A program made the position numbers and the translations under genes. Shown here one piece after another: positions 6,239 through 13,571 of a stretch of 64,000 nucleotides of DNA. How positions within the stretch are numbered: position 1 is the stretch's first letter; every line of letters starts with the position of its first letter. Where the stretch lies: the IMG/VR virus record IMGVR_UViG_3300045988_076504, positions 1-64,000 of that record, one strand, 5' to 3'. The notes below the pieces were generated by a model, which had not been told where the DNA came from, did no database searches, and was given only the letters and a program-made list of their open reading frames with translations. The stretch is from a virus.

Positions 6239-6436
6239 TCATTTAAACATGCTGTGCCACAGGTGTGAGAATTGCACAAATGCAATAGTTCCACCAACGG
6301 CAAACATTGTTGCTATAATGTACAGTATAACACAATTCAACGTTGTTGGAAGAGTGCATACTGCAAGCATTATGGCTACAGCCCATGCGCACGCTGCAAC
6401 CGTGAGCACGACAACGATTTCAATAAACTTGCTCAT
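6239..6436 (-). CDS. small membrane protein (2 TM segments)
   Basis: 65-aa hydrophobic ORF followed by a minus-strand terminator. The competing plus-strand ORF 6204-6470 starts inside that terminator. Confidence 0.5.
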   Translation of the reverse strand: MSKFIEIVVVLTVAACAWAVAIMLAVCTLPTTLNCVILYIIATMFAVGGTIAFVQFSHLWHSMFK

Positions 6437-6515
6437 AACGATATCATTTAGATCGATAATAAAGAAATAGTTGCCTTTTGTCTACACGTTGGGAGGCATA
6501 ACCCAACACGCCTTA

Positions 6516-6710
6516 CTACACGTTTTTGTCCGCAACAGGTACAGCAAGCACTGTGATGGTATGATAATTACCAACGTGATGCTCCTGCACATGTTTTGCG
6601 AACTCAGGGTTCGCAAACGCCTCAGCAACGCTGTTGTACAGCCCGCTGTAGCGATGGTCCCAGCGACCATTGCGATTACGTGTAGAAAGACGAAGCTGAT
6701 ACTTCATCAT
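6516..6710 (-). CDS. hypothetical protein
   Basis: 64-aa ORF. It ends with tandem stops TAG-TAA (6518-6513). The GCTAATTTA motif lies about 40 nt upstream of the ATG. Confidence 0.5.
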   Translation of the reverse strand: MMKYQLRLSTRNRNGRWDHRYSGLYNSVAEAFANPEFAKHVQEHHVGNYHTITVLAVPVADKNV

Positions 6711-6747
6711 TTCTATTTGTAATTAAATTCGAATCGTTTTAACGACC

Positions 6748-6756
6748 TAAATTAGC
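6748..6756 (-). promoter_or_regulatory. third copy of the GCTAATTTA (minus-strand) motif; candidate promoter element
   Basis: The same 9-mer as at 5609-5617 and 6156-6164, always in the same orientation. This copy is about 40 nt upstream of the ATG at 6710. Confidence 0.35.
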
Positions 6757-7025
6757 CGACTCATTAAGCTTGCCACGGGGGTAGTTTCGTTTCTTCGACG
6801 ACTCGGGGAGGTTGAATTCAGCTGTTTCGCGTTTCTGCACTTTTATCATAAAAAATTTTTATTTCGTGTTTTCGTATTTATATAAAAAAAATAAAATTTT
6901 AATTTTTGTTCTTGAGCTTGTCGAATGTAAATTCACGTAAGTGCGCAAACAACGAAGTTGTGACATAAAAAAATCGAGATCAGCTAAGCTGACCCCGATC
7001 ATCAAAGATTTCTAAAACCGCATTA

Positions 7026-7115
7026 TTAAATTTTACGTAAATACCAACCTATTACAGCTATTATAAACAACATTATAAGAATGCCTATTGTTACCAATAT
7101 GAGTTTACATGTCAT
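7026..7115 (-). CDS. 29-aa hydrophobic peptide (putative)
   Basis: MTCKLILVTIGILIMLFIIAVIGWYLRKI. Its ATG overlaps the stop of the upstream small ORF. It is below the ORF-track size cutoff. Confidence 0.3.
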   Translation of the reverse strand: MTCKLILVTIGILIMLFIIAVIGWYLRKI

Positions 7116-7230
7116 CATCTTTATCTTCATTTTTAAATAATGTCCTGTGCAATACTATTATTGCGAACATAACACTTAATGTTTGTAATACTGCTGCTAT
7201 ATATTGTCCTGCTTCTGGTGTTATTTCCAT
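7105..7230 (-). CDS. 41-aa single-TM peptide (putative)
   Basis: MEITPEAGQYIAAVLQTLSVMFAIIVLHRTLFKNEDKDDDM. Confidence 0.3.
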   Translation of the reverse strand: MEITPEAGQYIAAVLQTLSVMFAIIVLHRTLFKNEDKDDDM

Positions 7231-7302
7231 AGTATATAGTTTTTCATATTTTATCTTTTATACTCGTAATAACTAATATTAAACCTATAATTAATCCTAT
7301 AC

Positions 7303-7398
7303 TTATGATTTCCATCTTTCTCCGTCTTTAAATCCTAACGCATACCCTATTACATATCCTAATAGTCCACATGCTATAATTATTGCTGTATATATCAT
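7303..7398 (-). CDS. 31-aa single-TM peptide (putative)
   Basis: MIYTAIIIACGLLGYVIGYALGFKDGERWKS. Its ATG overlaps the thyX stop. The longer ORF-track start (7485) lies inside thyX. Confidence 0.4.
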   Translation of the reverse strand: MIYTAIIIACGLLGYVIGYALGFKDGERWKS

Positions 7399-8258
7399 TT
7401 TATGTCTTCCTTTATTAAATTTGCTAATTTTTGTATATCCGGGTGTGCATTTTTTGCACTTCTGAGTCTTATAAATGCCTCCCAATCGTGTTCAAATCCC
7501 GTTACAATTATTTCTGTTTTTAGCGCATTTGGGAGTACTTGTCGTGTTTCTTGTGGTTTCCAACCACTGTCAATCAAAAATGAGTATGATAATTCATCGC
7601 TATTTAATTGTTGTAAAAACACATCCACATCGTCGTTATTACGTGGATACATAATCTTATAATCATTCAAATCACACCAATCATCATCCCAATATGTATA
7701 TTGTCCGGGGTTTAATTTATCTTCTAATTTGGTAGGTATGATATAAGTTATTTCATTGTCGAACTTATCTTTGTTGTAATTACAATATCTTGTACTTTCT
7801 TGGGCAAAAGACATAGATCTATGACGTACTATTTCATGTGAAACACCTCTATCGCATATGAATTTATATGTAATCCTTTTAACGTGATTTTTTGTTGGTT
7901 CCGACATGTATTTTAAGCATTCCTCCCATTTGTTTTCAATAATTACTCTATAATTTGTAGTTATGTATGCGTTACCATCTTCGAATTTAACGGTTGAATA
8001 CGGGTTTATTATAAAATAATACGCTATTCCATTTTTATCTTCGTTAACTGGCACTGTTAAGTATATTGTTCCGTGTTCCAGCATCGACATATGCCCCATG
8101 TTTATCATACGTTGTACAAATTCTTCACAACTATCATCTGTTATTTTATCTTCAGATTTATAACATATACGACCCGCAAGTTCTATTTGTTTTTTCACAT
8201 CCTTTAATGTATATTTAGTTGGGGTTATATCTTCTATTTCAGATTTTATCAGTCTCAT
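7395..8258 (-). CDS. thyX: flavin-dependent thymidylate synthase ThyX
   Basis: Contains the ThyX signature RHRSMSFAQESTRY (RHRxxSxxxxSxR). The ORF-track start 8264 is TTG. The ATG at 8258 forms an ATGA overlap with the upstream gene's stop. Confidence 0.9.
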   Translation of the reverse strand: MRLIKSEIEDITPTKYTLKDVKKQIELAGRICYKSEDKITDDSCEEFVQRMINMGHMSMLEHGTIYLTVPVNEDKNGIAYYFIINPYSTVKFEDGNAYITTNYRVIIENKWEECLKYMSEPTKNHVKRITYKFICDRGVSHEIVRHRSMSFAQESTRYCNYNKDKFDNEITYIIPTKLEDKLNPGQYTYWDDDWCDLNDYKIMYPRNNDDVDVFLQQLNSDELSYSFLIDSGWKPQETRQVLPNALKTEIIVTGFEHDWEAFIRLRSAKNAHPDIQKLANLIKEDIK

Positions 8259-8536
8259 ATCCAAATAATTAATTCGTTATCTTTTATATTACAGTCTACA
8301 GGTTTGTATGTCTTTCCACAATAGCCCATTCCATCATCTTCCCAGATACTTATATGTTTTTCTAATATATCTTTAGATATATTATCTTCCGGTATTTTTA
8401 ATATTCGTAAGAGGTCTATTACTCTTATTTGATATTCTGGCCAACCTTGGAAGTCATATCTCACCGGAGTGTCGTGTGTAATCAGAGACATTGTAGTCTC
8501 CTGATTTATAACGTCGGTTTTCTCTTTCGGTTGCAT
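8255..8536 (-). CDS. hypothetical protein
   Basis: 93-aa ATG-to-TGA ORF. Confidence 0.6.
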   Translation of the reverse strand: MQPKEKTDVINQETTMSLITHDTPVRYDFQGWPEYQIRVIDLLRILKIPEDNISKDILEKHISIWEDDGMGYCGKTYKPVDCNIKDNELIIWI

Positions 8537-8547
8537 CTTTTATAGCT

Positions 8548-9081
8548 TTAATCACTTTTGGATCTTTTAAATAATCTATCAATTTTTTCACAGTCGTTGT
8601 AATTAGGTTTGATACCCATATGTTTTACATATTTAGAACAACTAGTTGTAACTAATTCACCGTCTTCTACATATTGTAAATCATATTGTATATTAGACAT
8701 ATATTCGTAGTATTTATTACGAGCTTCTTTCTTTTCTCGTTTTGTTTTATAATATGTAATACATTCCAATAGTTGCGATCCACTTACACAACCTCTCGCA
8801 AATATATTACATATGTTTTGTAAGAATGAGATCATCCCAGTTCTACCCGCTTTTTCTTGTATGCTACATAACTCATCAAGCGCCTGTTTAAAGTATTGGT
8901 TGCTTTCATCATATACAGGAGATCCCCCACTTATGTATGCTGCATTTATTGGCGTTCCATATATTATGAAATACTTGCATGTATCTGTAATCGGAGTATA
9001 TGTATGATACAAGCTCAAATAATCAGCATAATATAATACAGCATTTAAACTAACAGTCTTTAAAAAGTTAAAACTCTCCAT
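8548..9081 (-). CDS. hypothetical protein, possibly Panacea/DUF4065-like (antitoxin-type domain)
   Basis: 177 aa. The N-terminus LNAVLYYADYLSLYHTYTPITDTCKYFIIYGTPINAAYI resembles the K-L-x-K-L-L-Y-(F/Y)-A...G-P-V pattern of DUF4065. This is recalled from memory only. Confidence 0.6.
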   Translation of the reverse strand: MESFNFLKTVSLNAVLYYADYLSLYHTYTPITDTCKYFIIYGTPINAAYISGGSPVYDESNQYFKQALDELCSIQEKAGRTGMISFLQNICNIFARGCVSGSQLLECITYYKTKREKKEARNKYYEYMSNIQYDLQYVEDGELVTTSCSKYVKHMGIKPNYNDCEKIDRLFKRSKSD

Positions 9082-9706
9082 ATTGTATAAAATCTAACAT
9101 TAGAAAATCAGCAGACGTACCAGCAGATTTATATTTTTGGTTATCTTTTTTAGCCCAGTATTTTGGGGAAAAGTGGAATAAATTTGCAAAAAACCTTTTG
9201 ATCTTTTCTTTCATCGTTGGTTGCCATTTAAAATTCATAAACTCCCAATTCTTTTGATCTATTGTAGGATCTTCACAATCTATAATCTTATGCCACGGAT
9301 GTTTAACATAACCGCCGCAGAATATTAGATTTTGGTAGGTTTCTGCGCATTTTTTAAATAATTCCTTAAACCAAACATAATCTCGATCTCCATCATATTT
9401 GAAATTTTCAAGATTTAGTTGCACGTATATAGGATCTTCTTTTGTTGATTTACTATTGAGATAATTTAGTACATCGGCAATAACAATATTTTTGTACTCT
9501 ATCAATCCGTGAGCAGATATCGCATCATAATCATGCGAATAACAAGAAACCCAATCTCTACGTAATCTTATATCGAATAAACGTACGCCGTCTATATATT
9601 GCGTCTGTATATCATGTGATTGACACTTTGCCGTAAAATTTATTAGTTTCTCCCACCATTTACGTGGTTTTGTAAAACTTAAACTATTGTGTGATGCTAA
9701 TTTCAT
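9068..9706 (-). CDS. PLC-like phosphodiesterase (PI-PLC X-domain-like)
   Basis: 212 aa with ASHNSLSF...QTQYIDGVRLFDIRL...ISAHG. This matches the (S/T)H(N/D)S ... Q...G(I/V)R.(F/L)D(I/L)R ... H pattern of PI-PLC X / PLC-like TIM-barrel enzymes. Confidence 0.65.
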   Translation of the reverse strand: MKLASHNSLSFTKPRKWWEKLINFTAKCQSHDIQTQYIDGVRLFDIRLRRDWVSCYSHDYDAISAHGLIEYKNIVIADVLNYLNSKSTKEDPIYVQLNLENFKYDGDRDYVWFKELFKKCAETYQNLIFCGGYVKHPWHKIIDCEDPTIDQKNWEFMNFKWQPTMKEKIKRFFANLFHFSPKYWAKKDNQKYKSAGTSADFLMLDFIQYGEF

Positions 9707-9707
9707 A

Positions 9708-10103
9708 TTATTTCTTTATAAAAGTTGCGTATATACATTTTGCAGCCCATCCTACTAAATAGGCATCTGCTTCTTGTGAATCTACTGTTGTAGGCAATCC
9801 TATATCTTCAAAGATCGATTGTTTTACATGTTCTGCTTCATGACAGATATCTGATATATAATCCGCAGTGTTTTTACGTTTATAACCCATACAAACTAAG
9901 ATTACCCATTGTTTGGTCTTCTTATCGAGCGCATAGAAAGTAAATGTTTTACTTGAAGGATCCCATATATCTGATATTTCTGAACCATCTCTGGTTGTAA
10001 AACGATCTCGTAAATCTTTCAGCGTACAATTCTTACAACAATACAGTAATCTTGGATATATTATAGGATCATACTTATCGATTATCTTCTTTTGCTTCTT
10101 CAT
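9708..10103 (-). CDS. small HExxH protein (putative zinc metallopeptidase-like)
   Basis: 131 aa containing ICHEAEHVKQ (HEAEH). Confidence 0.6.
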   Translation of the reverse strand: MKKQKKIIDKYDPIIYPRLLYCCKNCTLKDLRDRFTTRDGSEISDIWDPSSKTFTFYALDKKTKQWVILVCMGYKRKNTADYISDICHEAEHVKQSIFEDIGLPTTVDSQEADAYLVGWAAKCIYATFIKK

Positions 10104-10118
10104 TTGGACATTCTAAAT

Positions 10119-10424
10119 TTATTTATATATATATATACTAGATCCTTTAGAAGGATCGTTTAAAATTTTATTAACTCTGTCTAACATATCTCTTGTAGCC
10201 TTCTCAACATTTAATTGCTTTATTCTGTCTTTTATATACCAAACAGCCTTATCGAGATCTTCGATCTCTTTATCTACGGAAGTATATCCTTCTTCTTGTT
10301 TAAGACCAGCTCTCCACAGATATTTAATAGCACTGCCTATATCAAAACAATAATGTCTTGTTATATCTATACATTCTACACCACTAGGATGTTTTCTATA
10401 ATATTCAGGGTTTATTTTATCCAT
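10119..10424 (-). CDS. DUF3310-family phage protein
   Basis: NPEYYRKHPSGVECIDITRHY...GSAIKYLWRAGLK...EDLDKAVWYIKDRI matches the DUF3310 pattern (...iE.id...NaiKYl.Rag.K...eDL.KA..Yl). Confidence 0.75.
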   Translation of the reverse strand: MDKINPEYYRKHPSGVECIDITRHYCFDIGSAIKYLWRAGLKQEEGYTSVDKEIEDLDKAVWYIKDRIKQLNVEKATRDMLDRVNKILNDPSKGSSIYIYK

Positions 10425-10698
10425 ATGTTGTATATTTATATATTACTCTACAATATAGAGGGTTATTAATACTATAGGGTTATAATATTACTGGATTACA
10501 TATATAGTTCTACTTAAACTACCTTATTAACCCCCTATAGTCCCCCTTCTTCTCCTTCTTTTTACACTTATATAACGTGTAAACAATAAAAAGGTTGCAA
10601 TTTTATAAAATTTTTTATGCCGATGCAACCTTTTGGGTGTAAATTTACGTTATATGCTTGTAAACCACAAAATAGTGAGGAATTTAAAATTAATTAAC
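10425..10698. promoter_or_regulatory. divergent control region between the minus- and plus-strand modules
   Basis: Contains tandem 18-nt repeats TATAGAGGGTTATTAATA (10454-10471) and TATAGGGTTATAATATTA (10473-10490), plus an inverted CCCTATA at 10533-10539. A long hairpin AAAAGGTTGCA...TGCAACCTTTT (10589-10634) is flanked by inverted ATATAACGT(G/A) boxes near 10567-10582 and 10640-10656. Confidence 0.5.
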
Positions 10699-11103
10699 AT
10701 GAACGAAACATTGATAGTAACAAAGCCGTACTGCTGGATGGAGCCTGGCGATACATTCAAGCTCTCCAAAGACGGCAATTCGTATGTGAATACTCATACA
10801 CACGAGTATACAAATACAGACAAAGATATGGATATTACAAGTAGATCTGAAACAACATGTTCTATTTCAAAAGACATCGCTACAAGTTTGCTTAACGTTG
10901 GTATCTTGAAAGAAGATAAAACTGAAACATCGTTTGTAAATGTGTTCGATCGAATTGACGAAATGATAGACACTTATAATGAGGATCTTAAAAATATCGA
11001 TAAAGATACAGAGGATTTCCCACAATGCATGAAAGTTGAAAAGGAAACAGTATTGAGAAATTTGATCAAAGTGTTGTCTTATTTAAAAACGCTTAAGAAG
11101 TAA
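10699..11103 (+). CDS. hypothetical protein
   Basis: The ORF-track start 10633 is TTG and lies inside the hairpin region. The first ATG is at 10699 (MNETLIVTKPYCWMEPGD...). Stop is TAA. Confidence 0.6.
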   Translation: MNETLIVTKPYCWMEPGDTFKLSKDGNSYVNTHTHEYTNTDKDMDITSRSETTCSISKDIATSLLNVGILKEDKTETSFVNVFDRIDEMIDTYNEDLKNIDKDTEDFPQCMKVEKETVLRNLIKVLSYLKTLKK

Positions 11104-11498
11104 TGGACGAGATTAAAGTAACAGACCAGGCAAAGATTGCAGAAGATGTAAGTAATCACATAAAATACGACACACTTACAAAATTTCTTGTAAAGCCACT
11201 GCCACTTAAGAAAGTAAAGAAAGAGTTTGTTGTTCCGGTTCCGGTCGATAAGAAACCGAAGAAGGACAAAGAAGGTGTAGAGGCTGTAGATTACAACGAA
11301 ACTAAAACAGAAACCAGAGAAGTTGATTGTGATTATAGAGAGGGTGTTGTGTTAAAAGTCCCACATCAATACAAAGATACCGATATCAAGGTTGGAGATA
11401 CAATAGCGTATCACAACAGGGCCGCACAGTATTTTGATCTATGCAAGGATACACAAATTGTAAATATTTATGATGTTGTAGCGGTAGTGCACGATTGA
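11103..11498 (+). CDS. GroES/Cpn10-like co-chaperonin (gp31-type)
   Basis: 131 aa with FLVKPLPLKKVKKEF... and ...GVVLKVPHQYKDTDIKVGDTIAYHNRAAQYFDL..QIVNIYDVVAVV. This follows the Cpn10 pattern (...VKvGD.V.f..y.g.e......y.i....DIlAvi). Confidence 0.6.
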   Translation: MDEIKVTDQAKIAEDVSNHIKYDTLTKFLVKPLPLKKVKKEFVVPVPVDKKPKKDKEGVEAVDYNETKTETREVDCDYREGVVLKVPHQYKDTDIKVGDTIAYHNRAAQYFDLCKDTQIVNIYDVVAVVHD

Positions 11499-11708
11499 TA
11501 GAATCTGCAAACAAGTCGCAAAAGAACTGAATGAAGATGTCAATATAGTACATCAGATAATAAAATTTCAATTCGAACAGATTGTTCAAAAAATGAAAGA
11601 CGTTGATTTTACAGATGATATTCTGATAAATAATCTGTTTAAATTCAAATTGAAAACCAGATATAAAAATAACAAATCTTTAAAATATTGTTCTCATGAA
11701 AGTTAATA
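11470..11708 (+). CDS. small helical protein readable only if TAG is sense (two TAGs at codons 4 and 6)
   Basis: ATG ATG TTG TAG CGG TAG TGC ACG ATT GAT ... gives MMLQRQCTIDRICKQVAKELNEDVNIVHQIIKFQFEQIVQKMKDVDFTDDILINNLFKFKLK..., ending TAA at 11706-11708. In the standard code only the last 38 codons have an ATG. Confidence 0.4.
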
Positions 11709-12070
11709 TTATTACAGATAACGAGTGTTTCAACCTGGATGGTGAAACTGGAAACGTTGTTCGCAATATGAATGTAAAGTGGAATTTTACAAATCGTATT
11801 TTTTACATCGAACAAGATGGTGCATTAAAGATTCCAGAAGATAACGATTATGTAGTAGATTTCGATCCAAACGAAGTAAAAGCTGGAGATTTTATATTTA
11901 TTTCTTACAGGATTGACGGTAAGATGCATATAATCCTTCTTAAGGATAAGGGCCTTATAGATCTTATGAATCTATTTAAAGAAGATCGTGAAAAACGTAG
12001 ATTGGAAACATTATCTTGTGAAGGGTGCGAAAATTGTTGTGCAGATTGTGATGATTTAAAAGAAGCTTAA
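11696..12070 (+). CDS. hypothetical protein with a C-terminal Cys cluster
   Basis: 124 aa ending ...SCEGCENCCADCDDLKEA. Confidence 0.65.
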   Translation: MKVNIITDNECFNLDGETGNVVRNMNVKWNFTNRIFYIEQDGALKIPEDNDYVVDFDPNEVKAGDFIFISYRIDGKMHIILLKDKGLIDLMNLFKEDREKRRLETLSCEGCENCCADCDDLKEA

Positions 12071-12074
12071 GATT

Positions 12075-12374
12075 ATGAATACTAAGAAAACAAAGAAAAA
12101 TGCTAACGTTACTATTACAGTAAAGTTGTTAAATATTACAGATCCCACAGATGCGTATAAACTGTTTGCTATTGCAAAGTTTAATAATATGCGCGATGCG
12201 GAAAAGGATATTATATCTAAGACCATTATAGATCTTTATTTCAATACGCTAACGTATGAGATAAATTCAGCTCTTGCTGATATGGACGTGGAAGCTGCGA
12301 ACGCTCATAAAGTTCGCGAAAAGAAACCAAATATCTTTAAGAGATTCTGGAATTGGATTACACGTAAAAAGTAA
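12075..12374 (+). CDS. hypothetical basic protein
   Basis: 99-aa ATG-to-TAA ORF. Confidence 0.65.
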   Translation: MNTKKTKKNANVTITVKLLNITDPTDAYKLFAIAKFNNMRDAEKDIISKTIIDLYFNTLTYEINSALADMDVEAANAHKVREKKPNIFKRFWNWITRKK

Positions 12375-12381
12375 TCATGTT

Positions 12382-12431
12382 AAGTAATCCTTGGTGGGTA
12401 TCAAAAGTCGGGTTCGATTCCCGAATTACTA
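12382..12431 (+). ncRNA. tRNA-like acceptor/T-arm minihelix (too short for a tRNA)
   Basis: AAGTAAT cc TTG-gtgggtat-CAA aag TCGGG TTCGATT CCCGA ATTACTA. It has a perfect T-arm and a 6-bp acceptor-like helix, but only 19 nt where the D and anticodon arms should be. Confidence 0.3.
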
Positions 12432-12554
12432 CTTATTCAAAAAGTAATTGAGTCCATGTCAGGAGGCTCTGACGTTAAAGTGCCTCATAATGCCCATTTG
12501 CGTACGTTAGCTAGCGCGCCGGGCTCTTTTGTCCAATGAATAATTGAATATATA

Positions 12555-13457
12555 ATGGAAAATAAAATATATAAACTCTCAGACGAACAGTTTGTTGAGT
12601 TACTCAAGAAAAGTTCAACAATATCTGAAGTATTGTTTAAACTTGGTTATACAGTTAAAGGAAACTCTTGGGGATATTCTCAAATAAAAAGAAGAATGGA
12701 TGATCTGAATTTAGACCATTCTATATTCAAGGGGAAATCCGCTATTATAAAAACTACCAAGCTAAACAATGTAAAGAAAGAAGATATACTAAAAGAAAAT
12801 TGTAAGCATCAACGTACAGTATTAAGAAGATACATAATCAAAAACAACTTGATACCCTATAAGTGTGCAATATGTGGATGCACCGAATGGCAAGGGAAAA
12901 CGTTAAGTTTGGAACTTGACCATATAAACGGAATAAATAATGACAATAGATTAGAAAACCTTAGATTTTTATGTCCTAATTGCCATAGTCAAACATCAAC
13001 ATATGGAAGCAGAAATCAACAGCTTAATAGTTCTGAATATGATATATCAGACGACTTGAGAAAGATGGTTGAAGAGAAATACGACGAAGTTAAAAGTGTT
13101 AAAAAGGTATCGTCTATACTTGGAATACGAAGGTGTGTTGTTACGAAAATAGTTAACGAGTCTGGTCAAAAACATTCTAATCAGAAATATATAATAAGGT
13201 ATGATAAAGATTGGAATGAACTTGCAAGATATGGTTCTCTCGTAGAAGCTGCCAAGGCTTTGATAGAGGCTGATGAAGTTAAAACCAATAGAGTAAAGAC
13301 CTGCACTAGAACTATAATGTACAATAAAGATAATTTTTGGTTGGACAGTCATTGGAAAATATTGGATGGTAGCGGGATAATAAATAATCCGTTATTAGAA
13401 CCTTCTCTAATTGACTCGGAAGACACTGTTGACGAGGCGCAAGCGAAAGCAGCGTGA
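12555..13457 (+). CDS. HNH homing endonuclease
   Basis: 300 aa containing CAICGC...ELDHINGINNDNRLENLRFLCPNCHSQT (HNH/His-Me finger). Stop is TGA and there is no internal TAG. Confidence 0.85.
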   Translation: MENKIYKLSDEQFVELLKKSSTISEVLFKLGYTVKGNSWGYSQIKRRMDDLNLDHSIFKGKSAIIKTTKLNNVKKEDILKENCKHQRTVLRRYIIKNNLIPYKCAICGCTEWQGKTLSLELDHINGINNDNRLENLRFLCPNCHSQTSTYGSRNQQLNSSEYDISDDLRKMVEEKYDEVKSVKKVSSILGIRRCVVTKIVNESGQKHSNQKYIIRYDKDWNELARYGSLVEAAKALIEADEVKTNRVKTCTRTIMYNKDNFWLDSHWKILDGSGIINNPLLEPSLIDSEDTVDEAQAKAA

Positions 13458-13571
13458 CAGACTAAACGAGAAGGCTGACCTTAGGGTTGGATGCAATAGT
13501 CGAGCTATGAACCCCGGAGGAGTGGGGGCAGCACCTACATGGGTAACTATTAAAAATAATAAAAAGCATAT

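Larger units (their letters stand above)
12376..13545 (+). mobile_element. group-I-intron-like cassette carrying an HNH endonuclease ORF; boundaries approximate and exons not identified
   Basis: GC-rich structured flanks surround the HNH ORF. Immediately after its stop comes CAGACTAAACG (13458-13468), like the group I J6/7-P7 block ACAGACUAAAUG. A hairpin follows, then ATAGTCG (13496-13502), like the P7 3' block AUAUAGUC. Next is a CCCC-GGAGGAGT-GGGG hairpin. The 5' flank has hairpin GTCAG-gaggct-CTGAC. Confidence 0.45.

Noticed and set aside
6204-6722. Plus-strand ORFs 6204-6470 and 6471-6722 instead of the minus-strand ORFs.
   Set aside because: ORF 6204-6470 begins inside the minus-strand terminator hairpin. 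The minus ORFs fit the operon direction, each has an ATG, and one has a terminator. Confidence is still only moderate.
12382-12431. Calling the T-arm/acceptor element near the HNH cassette a tRNA gene (possibly the missing suppressor).
   Set aside because: Only 19 nt separate the acceptor 5' strand from the T-arm. There is no D arm or anticodon arm, and position 1:72 is an A:A mismatch.
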